A stretch of DNA of 64,000 bases, taken from NCBI RefSeq assembly GCF_018350175.1, contig NC_058368.1, forward strand, positions 44,146,001 to 44,210,000, given 5' to 3'. The notes under the pieces are model-generated. The model was given only the letters and a program-made list of their open reading frames with translations, was not told where the DNA came from and did not search any database. Below, piece by piece: positions 47,714-62,189 of this stretch. Position 1 is the first letter of the stretch, and every line of letters starts with the position of its first letter. This DNA comes from Felis catus. Taxonomy: Eukaryota. A program made the translations under genes and the position numbers.

Positions 47714-49371
47714 ATGTCTTTTATCAGATATGTGTTTTATTTACATCTTCTTTCAGTTTGTATCACACCTTTTTTAATTCCCTTAACTATCTCTTTCATA
47801 GAGCAGAAATTTTAATTCTAATATAGTTCAGTTTATAGTTTTTTTTTTTTTTTTCATGTATCATGCTTTTGGCGTTGTCTCTGAAACCTCATCACCAAGA
47901 TCATGTAAAGTTTCCTCTTGTTTCCTTCTAGAAATTTTATAGTTTGGTCTTTCTGATAAATTGTGAGCTAACACTGTTTTGAAAGGTGTAAGGTCTGAAT
48001 CTAAGTTGTTTTGTTTGTGCATATGTAATTGTTCCAGTACCATTTGTTGAAATGACTCTTTTCTTCATCAATTTGCCCTGTGCCTTTATAAAAAATCATA
48101 TATGTTGGCCATATTTGTGTGGGTCTATTTCTTGGATCTTTCAGTACTTTGTATTGATCTTTTTCCACTACCTTGTCAATATCACACTGTCTTTATTACT
48201 AAACTTTATAGTAATTATTAAAAGAGTTGTGTGGCTTCTCTAAATTTGTTCATCTTCTTTGGTATTGTTTTGGGTGTCCCAAACTTTTTGCCTTACCATG
48301 TAATCTTTATAATTCCTTTGCCAATATTACACAATAGTTTGCTGCAATTTCAATGGGTATCATGTTTTATCTATCAATCAAACTGGGGACATTGACATCT
48401 TAAAAATATGGAGTCTTCTAATTCATCAACATGGAATAGCTTTGCATTAATTTACATATTTTTAATTTCTTCCATCCGTCTTTTTTTCAGCAGAGATTCT
48501 TTACATAATTTATTAGATATAGTCCAAATTTCTTCAATATTTAGTATCAACTGAAGTGGTGATTATTTTAAATTGTAAACTCCAAGTGTTGGTTGTTAGT
48601 ATGTAGAAAACAATTAAATTTTGTATATTGATGATATACACTGTGATTTTTCTGTATTCACGTAGTACTAGATATTTTATATAGATTCTTTGGCATTTTC
48701 TACATATAAATTATGATATCTGTGAATTAACCCAGTTTTATTTCTTTCTTTTCCAAGCTGTATACCTCTTATTTCTTTTACTTATCTTATTGCACTAACC
48801 ATGGTTTCCAGAACATGGAACACTTTAATAGGAGTGATGAGATGGGATCTCCTTGTCCATAATTCAAAAGTAGCTATTAGATTAGAAAACATAGTAACTG
48901 ATCAAAATTATGTTTTTTAAGTTAAATTGCTCAATGGGTCACCTGATCCCTAATATTCAATGCCTTAGATAAAAACATTAATAATATAATTTATATACTT
49001 ATTAAGCTGTATTGAATTGGAGAAGGTAGTTATCAGGTAAACCAGTTGCTTAGGAATCATTCCTTAGTTTGAAAGGAGAAGAAATAACACATTTATCACA
49101 CATGCATTTTTGGATTCTGAAATTGGTTCTTCATACAAAATATTTTGATAACCTTAACTAACCACTTCATACCAAATACAGAAAAAGCAAAACCAAACCA
49201 TTATAGAGTCTTATAATCTATGGTAGAGCTAAAAGTTAATCCCAAAATTAATATGTCATCATTGATCTGAAAGATTTTCCCTTACTTGATTTGCTACAGT
49301 GTCCTGTAATAGCCAGAGGCTTTGGAAGTAGATGTATTCCTGTGCTGGCTTAGTCATCACAGCACTGGGAA

Positions 49372-49578
49372 AGTTATTTTATTACTTATTTTTGAGAGAG
49401 AGACATAGTGTGATTGGGGGAGGAGCAGAGAGAGAAGGAGACACAGAATCCGAAGCAGACTCCAGGGTCTGAGCTGTCAGCACAGAGCCCGACACGGGGC
49501 TAGAACTCATGAACCATGAGTTCACCATCTGATGAGCTGAAGTCAGATGCTCAATTGGCTAAGCCACCCAGGTGACCC
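49372..49578 (-). mobile_element. Can-SINE, inserted in a MIR remnant
   Basis: SINEC body; the flanks resemble a MIR core. Confidence 0.93.
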
Positions 49579-50982
49579 AACTTTCCTTATCTTTAAATGC
49601 AACTAATATTATATACTCAACCAAATGTTTTAACATTATTTAGTTGCATTTTACATTTTAATACTACAGAAAAATTTTAAAGATCCTAGTTTACAACTGT
49701 GTGTACAAGTTAAGGTGGACACCAGGCTGTCATGGAATTACATGTAGATATATAAAATCTCAGTGGTAGTTTTACCCCAAGAGATGAATTGATACATGAC
49801 TAAAAATCACTAGAAATAATTCCTGAATAAGAACTGTGAACTTGCTTAACTTGCATCTGTGATTCTTTAGTTAAATTTTTCTTTCGAATGATACTCAATG
49901 AATTTTCGTACATTAAACTGGTGGAGTCATTAGTTTGTATGTATTTTTTCATGCCTGCTATTTAACCACTAGGGTGATACATACCCATGAGTTCTGTCAC
50001 ATATTCTCTATACTCAGTGAACTAAGGTCTCAAATGTTCCCTTCTACAAAGTAAGATTAATTGTAATGTCAGAAATGCCTCACTTTCCTTTACTTTAGTA
50101 TGATTAAAATCTGTCTCTCCTTCTAATATTTCTAGATTTTGAAATTTAAATTTGTGTACCCTCTTTAAAAGAATATATTCAGCTAATATGATAGAAACAT
50201 ATTTCTCAGTAAAAGCTCAAGTCACACACAGATAGTTAATCTCATTCTCAAAGTTTTTCTAGTATATTAGTTGATTGTATGTTCCATTAAGTATGCACTC
50301 TGAGGAGTTGAATGCATTCAAATATTAATAGCTTTACTTCATTAGTAAATCTATATTCATACTTACTACAAGATTTCATAAAATTACAGTTTTAGTACAA
50401 AGAACAAGAGCAATTGTGTAATAAGGGCATTAAGCTGTCTAGTGAACTGGAATCCTGAAGTTAAATTAATAGGGTAGCATGTTTACATATCAGGAAGAAT
50501 ATGGAAATTAGGTCTAAATAAACAGTAGAAGAATTGCAAATGGATCAACAAACTATTGGTAAATGAATGTTTGTATGTTGTATAATGCAAAACTGTTACT
50601 TACTGATGCATTTAAGTATTGTACAAGTAATTCATGAATATACATATGTATATCCTATGCCATTAGAGCTATAAGCATTCAGTGTTAGATTTGTGAGGAA
50701 TTTAAATATTATCTATGCGTTCCAAAAAGTTAAATAGCTAATCAAAATTTGAAATATTTCATTTCATTTTTTTTTGTCAATAGAGAGATAATTTAGTTAG
50801 CATCTTTCCCTAAGAGAATGAAGATTCTATGGTAAGCCACAAATTTGCTTTTGTTAAGGTGATTATAACTCAGGTATTCCAGTCAATCTAAGAGGAGTGT
50901 ATGGCTGAAATTTACAGTTGGTAGTAAAGATTCAAAGTTGATAACTTATATAATTGGGGCTGGTGGCTTGCAACTGTACATT

Positions 50983-51361
50983 TCTTTAATTAAAAATTTT
51001 TTTTTTAATTTACAACCAAATTAGTTAGCATATAGTGAAACAATGATTTCAGGAGTAGATTCCTTAATGCCCCTGACCCATTTAGCCCATCCCCCCTCCC
51101 ACAACCCCTCCAGCAACCCTCAGTTTGCTCTCCATGTTTATGAGTCTCTTCTGTTTTGTCCCCCTCCCTGCTTTTATATTATTTTTGTTTTCCTTCCCTT
51201 ATGTTCATCTCTTTTGTCTCTTAAAGTCCTCATATTAGTGAAGTCATATGATTTTTGTCTTTCTCTGACTGACAAATTTCACTTAGCATAATACCCTCTG
51301 TTCCATCCACGTAGTTGCAAATGGCAAGATTTCATTCTTTTTGATTGCCGAGTAATACTCC

Positions 51362-51440
<79 letters not shown>

Positions 51441-51800
51441 CACATCTTCTTTATCCATTCATCCATCGATGGACATTTGGGCTCTTTCCATACTTTGGCC
51501 ATTGTTGATAGTGCTGCTATAAACATGGGGGTGCATGTGTCCCTTTGAAACAGCACACCTGCATCCCATAGATAAATGCCTAGTAGTGCAACTGCTGGGT
51601 CGTAGGGTAGTTCTATTTTTAGTTTTTTGAGGAACCTCTATACTGTTTTCCAGAGTGGCTGCACCAGCTTGCATTGCCACCAACAATGCAAAAGAGATCC
51701 TCTTTCTCCGCATCCTCGCCAACATCTGTTGTTGCCTGAGTTGTTAATGTTAGCCATTCTGACAGGTATAAGGTGGTATCTCATTGTAGTTTTGATTTTT
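50983..51800 (-). mobile_element. Felid-type L1 3' end with (TG)n(TA)n at 51364-51437
   Basis: ORF2 remnant TCTPMFIAALSTMAKVWKEPKCPSMDEWIKKMW; 3'UTR gttagcatatagtgaaacaatgatttcaggagtaga. Confidence 0.97.
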
Positions 51801-52829
51801 AATCACATCAAGAACTTTTTTCGAAGTAGTCTAGAATTTATACTTGGGAAATTGGGAAATTAGCTATCCTCCAAATAATTTGGGTTATAGACATAATAAT
51901 TAATTCATCACTACATTAAAGATATATTTACAATGACATTAAATTCTTTCAATGGCAAATTTAAGGAAAAACATATGTACTGTACAGGGATCTGAGGCAC
52001 CTGTATATTTAATCAAATTTGACAAAGTTTCTATTATTGAACCTTATATAGCATAGTTAACTTTCATGGAAACCACGGTCTAGGCTCCTGTTTTTTAATA
52101 TTGACCAAACATTACAACCATCTAAAGTCTTTACAAAAACAAAACAAAACAAAACAAATCAAAACAAAATCCTCACAATGACTAATTCAGAATCTCCTAG
52201 GATGGGCCCAAATATTTGTGTCCTCAAGAAAAATAATGCCAGTTAGGTTTATTTTCTCATTCTTACATCCAATACCTGAATGCTGACACCTACGCAATTT
52301 TAGAAAATAGAAAAACAATAGTATGTCAATGATCTCTTCTAATACAGGGAATTTTAATGAAAAATAATTGAGATTAAATTGGAACAAATATGTGCCAGCA
52401 ATGTGAATGGGGTAAACTATTTGAATTCTCTGATCCTGAGCAGAACTGGGAATGGGGAAGTAAAATATAGACACATTATATTCTAAATTAGCAAGCACAA
52501 TTGATTGTTTTCTTTGAAGCTGTAGGCTTATTTTGTTTTTTGTTCATTTTGAGAAAATGTCCAGAAATAAATAAACTTGCAAAACCATACTTTGTCTCAG
52601 TCATTGTCTTAAGTAAATATGATGTTTCATGAAAACAAAAACTGCTGGTTCAGCTCACAACTCACACAATCGTACACGTGATCTCACTCAAAATAACCTG
52701 GTACTTCTGTATGCTACTGAAGTGCTTTATGCAAACTTCCCATTTCGTAACAGAATATGAAAAACACCTGACTCAAGGGTAGACACTTAATATATTTTTA
52801 AAACTTTTATTGCTTTAGCAGTGACATTC

Positions 52830-53580
52830 CTAAATGAAACTGGATTTTCCCCTGAGAATGCATTGTGTAAATGTCACCACAATGAAGAAGAAACATAATG
52901 TTCTAGCATTATTACAGAAACAGCATTCATCTGTGGACCCCATCTATGAATTTATCTCAGAAACCCCAGGGATCTGAGGGTGACACTTGAGGACCACTGG
53001 TATAAAGAAAAGAAGTGATTTTTTTTAACAAGAAGATTAAATCACTGTGCTGTCTTGTAACATGTCTCCCTGCCTCCAGTTTGGGCATCTGTTCACTCAT
53101 CTCCACTGACTCACTCAACTCTCTGGTTCCCACTGTGGCTCTACATAGTGGCTTACAAATCTCCATTGGGCTCAGAATGAAAATCCAAATCCCTTCACAG
53201 GCCATAAAACGTTCTTCACTTCCTGGATGATGTGTACCTCTCCCAGGCTAACTGAATTACACTCCTTTAAAGCACAATGCTTCTTTTCCCTTACAGGTCT
53301 CTTCTGTTGTTCCTTTTGACTGGACAATTTTAGTTCTCCATTTCCCTTTGTTTGAATCATTAATATTCTTCCAGAAAAACTCCAGTGATTCCAAAGTCTG
53401 GCTTGATTTTCTATATTGTGTACTTTCATAGCCTTTTGTACTTTTTTCCAAAACGGAACTAAACTCACTGTGTGGTAAGTTTTGTTCATCACGACTTCAC
53501 TTCTACGTTAACTGCAGGATCATAACCTCCTTGGGGACAAGGATAAAATTTGTTCTACAGAAGTTTCATATTTTTTCAAA
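52830..53580 (+). mobile_element. L2 LINE fragments
   Basis: agtggcttacaaatctccattgggctcagaatgaaatccaaatccctt..aacctccttggggacaagga. Confidence 0.7.
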
Positions 53581-55215
53581 TACAGACAGCTGAAAGGTAA
53601 ACAAACTATCTTGCTAATAGAAATCACTTCTATAGACTATGTTGGCTGCATTTTAATGCTTAAAAAATACTCTTTCACAAAAAGATGAGGTGAGAACAAA
53701 ACAGAGGGGAGATCCTATCACCAAATATCTACATATATTTATATATTCCCCCACAAAGTTTCTTCTACTGTATTGTGGCAAATGTGGAATTTGAGGGACA
53801 TTTGATCCCAAGATTTTATGAAGTTTTAATTTTTATTAGAACAAAATAAATCTGACAGGCTGACCCTTGATGTTGTTAGCATCCCTGATACATATCAAAC
53901 AACAAAACTGCAAGATATCAGGAGTGTATTTGAATCCATGTGATTATATTTGTTTCATATTCAATTACCAGTTTATTTTCAAACTCAAATCTAAACACCT
54001 AGCAATAACAGTTCATTTAAAAATTAGTTATCTATTAATAACTAATGATTGTTTTCTACTTTTTGAATGCTTGTAATGAAGAATATTAGGCTATTAATTA
54101 ATAAGGTTAGCTCTAAGTTGCAATGATATTATTTAAGATCATGCTGTGTCCCTGGTTACTGTTGACATAAAACCTTTGTAAGAATATTCTTTAGGTTTGG
54201 TGCTCTTTTTCCTCTCTTTTCTTCACCTCAAATTAGAACAAAAATGGAGACTCAATTTCATGTCTGTGGGAATGAGTTAACTGTATTTTTGACTGTCTCA
54301 TTTTGAGCATTTAACTGTCATAGGGCAGAGCATGGGCCATTTCATCCATTTTAAAATAATACACTGTCTCTTTGGAGATAGCACTGTCATTTGTTTTCAT
54401 TTTACTGAGGCGTCTCTCTTTAGATTGAAATATTTATTAAAGGGAAAAGTCCAACTCCCTGAGACATGTAACCAAAGGATGAGATTTCTTAATTCACATT
54501 TTATCTGAAATACATTTTCCTACCTATTTCAGTATGGTAGGTTATAAGCTGCATTTTAAAACACAGTGTCTTGATCAAACTATTGAGCCTCGAGAGAAAT
54601 AGGTTCTTGTTTAAGTTAAAAATTTATTATTCACTGTTCATCTTCCCATACATTATGCATTCTATTCATTGTTCATGCTCACTGTGCTTCTTTAAAAAAT
54701 AATCCATAACAAAAGTATTCTAACTAGTATATAAATTTGTTTCTGCCTCTTCAGGACAAAGCTATGCGAAGGTGATATGAAATGAGTATCATTAAGAAAC
54801 ACTTAATTTTAATAAAGGAACTTTCTTAAGCTTTTTACTTTACTAAACCCAAGATTTAGTAAACCTAAGGTTTAGATCATATTGCTTCAAAATACATTCA
54901 GTGGCAATGTAGACTATATTGCCATACATGTGTTAGGATTAGACTAGAAGACAACTATTGTCTTATGTGAGCATATAAATTTCTGCTAATCAATACTTCA
55001 GGGTGGGGAAGGGAACTGTGGAAATTACGTTTGTAACCTTGGAATAAATATAAATATATGATGCTTTCAAAGGTACAGACAAAAAACATCGTTAATTTTC
55101 AATAAGTTTTTTAGTAATGACAAAGCAGTTATGTAATGGCAATTGGACTATCTTCCTGAGGTATAAAAAGGAATTCTACAACAGGAAGAATCACTGCTAT
55201 GTCAAGAATGACCTT

Positions 55216-55407
55216 GGAAGTGCCTGGGTGGCTCAGCTGGCTGAGCATATGACTCTTAATTTCAGAGGCTCAGGTCATGACCTCAGGGTTCATGAGATGG
55301 AGCCCCACATTGTCAGGCTGACAGCACGGAGCCTGCTTGGGTTCCTCTCTTACCCTCTCTCTCTGCCTGTCTCTCTCTCTCTCAAAATAAATAAAAAACT
55401 TTAAAAA
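55216..55407 (+). mobile_element. Can-SINE
   Basis: SINEC body; degenerate TSD aagaatgacct/aagaatgatcct. Confidence 0.95.
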
Positions 55408-56003
55408 AAGAATGATCCTGATAAAAAGATACACAATTAAAGGAAATCATGAATTAAAGACTGAGTAACACTTTTTGATGATGTTTGCATACCTTCCATG
55501 AAGGAGGAAAATAGTCTCATGCAAAGAAAAGTCTCTGTAAGTGTTTCTCCTTTAATTTTAGAGAAATGAAAATATATCATCAGTTGTTATTTAGGAATCA
55601 CATATGATCTGACAAAAATATTAATATACGTTAAATTTCCAACTAGAGTTGTACTAGATAATATAATAATTTTTTAGCAAGGGATATTTGCTTAATTTAA
55701 AAAATGAATTACTTTGGTTACATTGGCTCTTAGTGTTACATTATCCTTAATGTTTTATTTTTAACTTTTAAACAGAGAGATTATTGTCATCATCGCTTAT
55801 AAAATAAATACTTTAAGTATCAAACTTATTAGAATTTAGAGTTAGATTATGAATAAAAAATTCAAAAAAACCCTTTTGATAGTAGATAATATAACATATA
55901 TTTTCACTTTAAACGAGAACTACATGTGAGCATACTAATGAATTTATCCTATTAGTTTATCTATTTGAAAGGTTTATTTTAAATATTTAATACTGTCATA
56001 TGA

Positions 56004-56123
56004 TCAGATGATACATGAAAGACTGATCAGACTCATAATATGTAACATTTGACCAATGAGTGAATGCGTCACATAGAAGCAGTTTGAATCTCTTGGCTCC
56101 CTGGTGAGACTTACAACTTCTAC
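56004..56123 (-). CDS. Candidate terminal coding exon with a GPI-signal-like C-terminus
   Basis: Poly-T tract then tag..aaaacag acceptor. Phase 0 reads VEVVSLTREPRDSNCFYVTHSLIGQMLHIMSLISLSCII*; minus-strand AATAAA at 55978-55973. Confidence 0.5.
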   Translation of the reverse strand, partial: VEVVSLTREPRDSNCFYVTHSLIGQMLHIMSLISLSCII

Positions 56124-56133
56124 CTGTTTTACT

Positions 56134-56137
56134 AAAA

Positions 56138-56192
<55 letters not shown>
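56134..56192. repeat. Poly(A) plus (TA)n
   Basis: Directly visible; forms the pyrimidine tract of the candidate minus-strand acceptor. Confidence 0.95.
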
Positions 56193-56198
<6 letters not shown>

Positions 56199-56899
56199 AA
56201 TTTAGAGAAGTTCTCCACATGGGGATATGATTTATAGCTTTGATTAAAACCACATCAAATATTATTTCATAATTATCTCTAGTTAGAATATTTAATTGTA
56301 TATAGTGTTATCTCAAACTTAAAAATGATCTTGCATTGCCAGTGGCAACCAATTTTGCAGTTTGATTTTAAGGACATTATCTAAATGTTGCTTTACTTTT
56401 CACTTTTCTGTCTACCAGTAAATTCCTGGAAAGTGTGTACTAGAACACTTGCCTTTTTTGTTTTGTGCCCATTTTAATTTTATTTTATGTAAACTGCCAA
56501 CACATAATTTTTTCTATCTCCTTTTTAAATGTTTTATAAATATTCTACTAATGAAAAAGACCCTTTCATATAATTTATATTTTTTTCTTTCTTCTGGAAT
56601 TTTCAGGGTCTCTTTTAATAATATATTTTGATACATAAATTTAAAATTTCACATAGTTCACTACCTCCATCTATTTCATTATGGATTCTAAGATTTATTG
56701 GTGATAGAATTAATGAGCCGAATTTGTTTCCCCTCCTTTTCTGCGAATTAATAGTAGGAATTATTAATATAATGTTGATTATTCAAAGAGCAAAAACACT
56801 AATATATATATATATATACACACACATACATATCTATATGTAATATTTTCATTCAATGCTTTATATCCAACTACATAAATTCACTTTAAAATCTAAGTA

Positions 56900-59212
56900 T
56901 TTTTATTTTTTTAAATTTTTTATTTAAATTCTACTTACTTAACATATAGTGTAATATTGGCTTCAGGAGTAGAATTTAGTGATTCATCACTTACATATAA
57001 CACCCAGTGCTCAACACAAGTGCCCTCCTAATATCCATCACCCATTTTAGCCCATCCCCCACCAGCCTCCCTTCCATCAACCCTCAGTTTGTTCTCTATA
57101 TTTTAGAGTCTCTTATGGTTTGCTTCCCTTTCTTTTGTTTTTTCCCTGCCCGTACATTCATCTGTTTTATTTCCTAAATTCCACATATGAGTGAAATCAT
57201 ATGGTATTTGTCCTTCTCTGACTGACTTATTTTGCTTAGCATAATACACTCTAGCTCCATCCACTTCATTGCAAATGGCAAGATTTCATTCTTTTGGATG
57301 GCTAATATTCCATTGCACACACACGTGCATGTACACACACACACGCAAACACAACCTCTTTATCCATTCATCAGTTGATGGACATTTTGAGCTGTTTTCA
57401 TAATTTAGTTATTTTTTGACAATGCTGCTATAAACACTGGAGTACATATGCCCCTTCGGATCAGTATTTTTGTACCCTTTGGGTAAATATCTGTTTGTGC
57501 AATTGTTGGGTCTAGGGTAGTTCTATTTTTAACTTTTTGAGGAGCCTCCATACTGTTTCCCACAGTGGCTGTGCCAGTTGGCATTCCCACCAACAGTGTA
57601 AGAGGGTTCCCCTTTCTCTGCATTCTTGCCAACATCTGTTTTTTCCTGTGTTAATTATAGCCATTCTGACAGGAGTGACGTGATATCTCGTCATGGTTTT
57701 TGATTTGTATTTTCCTGGTGATCAGTGATGTTGAGCATCTTTTCATGTGTCTATTGGCCACCTAGATGTCTTCTTTAGAAAAATGTCTGTTCATGTCTTC
57801 TGACGATTTCCTAACTGGATTATTTGTTTTTTGGCTGTAACGTTTGATAAGTTCTTTATAGATATAGGATACTAATCTTTATCAGATATTTCATTTGCAT
57901 ATATCTTCTTCCATTCCATAAGTTGCCGTTTAGTTTGGTTGATTGTTCCCTTAGCTGTGCAGAAGCTTTTTATCTTGATGTAGTCCCAGTAATTCATTTT
58001 TGTTTTTGTTTCTCTTGCCTTTGGAGACATGTCTAGTAAGAAGTTGCTATGGCCAAGGTCAAAGAAGTTGCTGCCTGTGTTCTCCTCTAAGATTTTTATG
58101 ATACCTTTCTCATATTTAGGTCTTTCATCCATTTTGAATTTATTTTTTGTGCATGGTATAAGAAAGTGGTCCAGTTTCATTCTTCTGCATATTGCTGTCC
58201 AGTTTTCCCTAACACCCTTTGTTGAAGAGACTGTCATTTTTTCATTTTTCCATTGGATATTCTTTCCTGGTTTGTCAAAGATTAGTTGACCATATAGTTA
58301 TTGGTCTATTTCTGGGTTTAGTATTTTGTGCCATTGATCTATGTATCTGTTTTTGTGCCTGTACCATACTATCTTGATGATTACACCTTTATAATGTAGC
58401 TCAAAGTCCAGATTGTCATGCCTCCAGATTTGTTTTTCTTTTTCAAGATTGCTTTGGCTTTTGGGCTCTTTGTGGTTCCATGAAAATTTTAGAATTGTTT
58501 GTTCTAGCTCTGTGAAAAATGCTGGTGGTATTTTGATAAGGATTGCATTAAAGTTGTAGATTGCTTGGGGTAGTAAAGACATTTTAACAATATTTGTTCT
58601 TCCAATCCATGAGCCTGGAAAATTTTTCCATTTCTCTGTGTCCTCTTCAATTAGTTTCAGAAGTGTTCTATAGTTTTCAGAGTACAGATGTTTTACCTCT
58701 TTGGTCAAGTTTATTCTCAGGTATCTTATGGTTTTCAGTGCAATTGTAAATGGGATCAATTCCTTGATTTATCTTTCTGCAGCTTCATTATTGGTGTATA
58801 GAAATACAACTGATTTATGTGCATTGATTTTATACCCTGCAACTTTGCTGTATTTGTGTATCAGTTCTAGCAATTTTTTGGTTGAGTCTTTCATGCTTTC
58901 TACATAGAATGCCATGTTGTCTGCAAACAGTGAACGTTTGACTTCTTCCTTGCTGATTTGGATGCCTTTTATTTCTTTTTGTTGTCTAATTGCTGAGGCT
59001 AGGGCTTCCAGTACAATGTTAAATAGCAATGATGAAAGTGGACAATCCTGTCTTTTTCCTGATCATAGAAGAAAAGCTGTCAGTTTTTTCCCATTGAGGA
59101 TGATATTAGCTGTGGGTCTTTCACATATGGCCTTTATGATGTTGATGTATGTTCTGTATATCCCTACTTATTTGAGGGTTTTTATCAAGAATGGATGCTG
59201 TAGTTTGTCAAA
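56900..59212 (-). mobile_element. Carnivore L1, about 2.3 kb of the 3' portion (RT to 3'UTR), frameshifted
   Basis: ORF2 remnants [31 protein letters not shown] (RT FADD motif), [29 protein letters not shown]. Confidence 0.97.
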
Positions 59213-59300
59213 AATATATAAAGTCATCTAGACCAAGTATTTATAGCCATAAACTAAATTTTCCCTAATATCCAGTAAGTTTATTTAAAAGTGAGTTTCA

Positions 59301-59525
59301 GGGCACCTGGGTGGGTCAGTTGGTTAAGTGTCTTACTTTGGCTCAGGTCATGATCTCATAGTTCCAGCTTGGGCCCCACATAGGGCTCTGCATTGGCAGC
59401 TCAAAGCCTGGAGACTGCTTTGGATTCTGTGTCTCCCTCTCTCTGTCCCTCTCCTGCTCTCACTCTCTCTCTGTCCTTCAAAAAATGAATAAATGTTAAA
59501 AAATATTAAAAATTAAAAAAAATTA
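59301..59525 (+). mobile_element. Can-SINE
   Basis: TSD aaaagtgagtttca flanking the element. Confidence 0.95.
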
Positions 59526-60203
59526 AAAAGTGAGTTTCAGGGCTTGGATAATTTAAAAGCAGTATATGTCAGAAAATCTGACAATAAATTATATTAAAAA
59601 TTAAAAAAATACAAAATACAATAAAATAAATTCAAATGTTAAAAAAACAAAAATAAACAAACAAAGCAAATAAGCAAAAAAAGAAAAAAAAAGCTGCTCT
59701 GATTCCAGTTTGCTTTTGAATATTTTGGGGAAGGGAGGCATAGGTGAGATTTTACTTACAACCATCTCCCCCACTGTAAGATTTTTAAATATTTAAGTAT
59801 TATCTTCAAGTTTATTAACATTTTAATGTTTTATTTCTAATGAATATCTTTATTCATTAGGGATTAATTTGGCATATGATGTGAAGTTTGCTTTTCTTCC
59901 AGTAGAAAGTTATACATGCCAATTTCATTTACAAACTAAAGCTTCTCTTATTCATAGCCTTGAAAATTTAACTTGTTATAAGGTAGGTTCCTGAGTGTAT
60001 CTGCTTTTACTTCTGAATGGTAAATCTGGTCCATTTATTATGTATGTATTTGTTTGGCAACCTTTTACTTTTTGGCTGTATTTACAGAATATGAGATTTG
60101 AAAAAACTCTTAGACAAAACTCTCCTTTCTCAAATAATCTTTTCATTCATAAAATCATATTTTTCCTTAATAAGATAACAATTTATTCTTAAAAATACTT
60201 TAC

Positions 60204-60259
60204 CTCACTGATAATGAATTTCTTTTTTGACATGTAGCATGTATGACTTTTAGACTGTC
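60204..60259 (-). CDS. Candidate 56-nt exon of the right-hand minus-strand gene
   Basis: Acceptor ccatgtag with an upstream T-rich tract, donor gag|gtaaag; phase 1 to 0 reads QSKSHTCYMSKKKFIISE. Confidence 0.35.
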
Positions 60260-60667
60260 CTACATGGTTACATAATTACTATTACAAGCATCAGTAAAAT
60301 AATAAAAACAATAGATCCACCAGAAATATAGATCTATACAGAAAATTAACTCTAAGCAGAAAACCAGTCTGCTATTTTCACTGGTGACAGTTTTAATAGA
60401 TTCATATTGATTTCTACCCAGTAAGTTTGACTCAAGATTAAGATCAATAGGATTAAGGGAACAACCACAATAATCAGAAACACTGGTAATAGTCAAATAT
60501 ATATTCACCAGTTTTCCCATGCAGTGGTTTATTTAAAGAGTAAATATAGGTAAGTGTGAAGTTTAAGAAGTGAAGACAAAACTCTCTTAATAATATTACA
60601 ATGACAAGTCTATAAAAACATTTCTCTTAAGAAACTCAGTGAACTCTTCATGAAATAGTATCAGAAA

Positions 60668-60834
60668 GGGGCTCCTGGGTGGCTCAGGTGATTAAGTGTC
60701 TGACTCTTGATTTTGGCACAGGTCATGACCTCACAGCGCATCTGCTCTGCGCTAACAGTGTGAGCCTGCTTGGGATTCTCTCTCTCCACCTCTCCCCCAC
60801 TCTCTCTCTCAAAAATAAATAAACTTAAAAATTA
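60668..60834 (+). mobile_element. Can-SINE with an internal deletion
   Basis: ggggctcctgggtggctcag head, shortened body, A-tail. Confidence 0.92.
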
Positions 60835-61019
60835 AATAATACCAGAAAGAAAAATCTCATTTTAAGTAATTCTCCTAATGAAATATTTGCAAATATGTAT
60901 GACATCTTTTCTGAGAGTACAAAGACTAATGTAGGAAGAGAGATAATAAATCTTTGTAACACAGTAAATATTTCAGATACGAAATCTAAGAACACAGTAT
61001 TTTTCAACAAAACTAACAC

Positions 61020-61061
61020 CTTGAGATACTTCCAAAATTTGGAACCAATTTACATTCATGG
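61020..61061 (-). CDS. Candidate 42-nt exon
   Basis: Acceptor ttcattttactttag, weak donor aag|gtgtta; phase 1 to 1 reads MNVNWFQILEVSQ. Confidence 0.3.
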
Positions 61062-61289
61062 CTAAAGTAAAATGAATCTATTATGGATTGTAATTGTTAT
61101 TTGCAAAGTAATATAAGACAAGATTATAAATGTATGGCTCATGGCAACAAATAAATGTAATCTATGTGATGAATTCAAATGTAAACAACAAAGAATATAG
61201 TCAGAAGTAATGCATTCTTTGATTCAGTGCATTTATCCCAATGTGTAATTATGCACTCATTGTTAAAACCCTTTGACTGATGTATGATC

Positions 61290-61620
61290 ACCCCAGTAGT
61301 CTGTAAACACCAGAAGAGCAGGAGCATTATGTCAAATATTCACCGTCATTTGCCCAGACAGACTACTCAAACATTTACTATCTGCAAGACATTCTTTGAG
61401 CAAAAATGTAAATTCTTTCACTTTCAACATATCATCTATAAAATTGAAATACTAATAGTATGAACTTTGTAGTGTTCTTTAGGTGGGTAATGAAATAACC
61501 CACATAAAACATTTAGCAGAGTTCCTGGAGCTTAGTAAGCGGTGAACACCTGCTACCATTGTATTGAATACCTACCTTGTCCCTTATTCAAAACTGAATA
61601 ATTTTTAAATGTGAATGAAA
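61290..61620 (+). mobile_element. L2 3' end fragments with a nested MIR (about 61385-61560)
   Basis: tagtctgtaaacaccagaagagcagg (L2); catctataaaattgaaatactaatagta..catttagcagagttcctggagcttagtaagc (MIR). Confidence 0.7.
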
Positions 61621-62189
61621 TAATGTCTCTTCTCTAAAGTATCTCATGATCTATGTTCTTATGCAGTACAAGAGACCTACAAATAAACAATATTTGCATT
61701 ACACAGTTTTCCTACACAATTTTGTACTCTTTATTAACATGAAAAAGCAGAAGCAACACCCTCTGCTGATCAGGGGGCTGTCACAGAGTAGTTGAATGTT
61801 TATCTGATGAGATCTTTGAATCTGTCCTGAAATGATGAGTGTGTATTTTGTAGAAGAAAGCTAGTTAAGAAAGATTTCCTTGGTTTTGTCTCTAGAAACT
61901 AAGGGTAACAATACTAAATAACAGTGTATGTTTAGAAGAACTATATTGAACAGAAACAGATTTGTGACCAGAGTGGTAGTATTAGGTGGTGGGAGTGAGG
62001 GGCAGGAAATTACAAACTCTCTAAATTGATCTTTTCTTAATCAATGATGTGGGTGAAGAAATATATTAATATCAAGAAGTAAGAAGATAAATGTTACTTA
62101 GAGTTGTTAGGACATTTGTTTCTAGTATTATGGAATAAGTGGGTTGAAAGAAAGTGGTTATTCTCTCTCCCCTTTTCTTCAGAGTATTT

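Larger units (their letters stand above)
45930..48860 (-). mobile_element. Old L1 (L1MC-type) 3' end and ORF2, with nested SINE, (TA)n and MLT2
   Basis: aatggaatcatacagtatg..cattcacctattgaagggtatcttggttgtttcca..tgttccagtaccatttgttgaaa. Confidence 0.9.

Noticed and set aside
52187..52498. 103-aa minus ORF in non-repeat DNA
   Set aside because: Non-ATG start, no recognisable domain and no coherent exon chain; consistent with chance.
57405..59231. Longest ORFs in the track (up to 153 aa), also those at 10143, 22653 and 51332
   Set aside because: Frameshifted fragments of L1 ORF2 in 5'-truncated, non-autonomous copies.
60260..60520. 86-aa minus ORF containing PIDLNLESNLLGRNQYESIKTVTSENSRL
   Set aside because: No clear acceptor/donor pair. 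It could be an extra exon of the right-hand gene but is unsupported.
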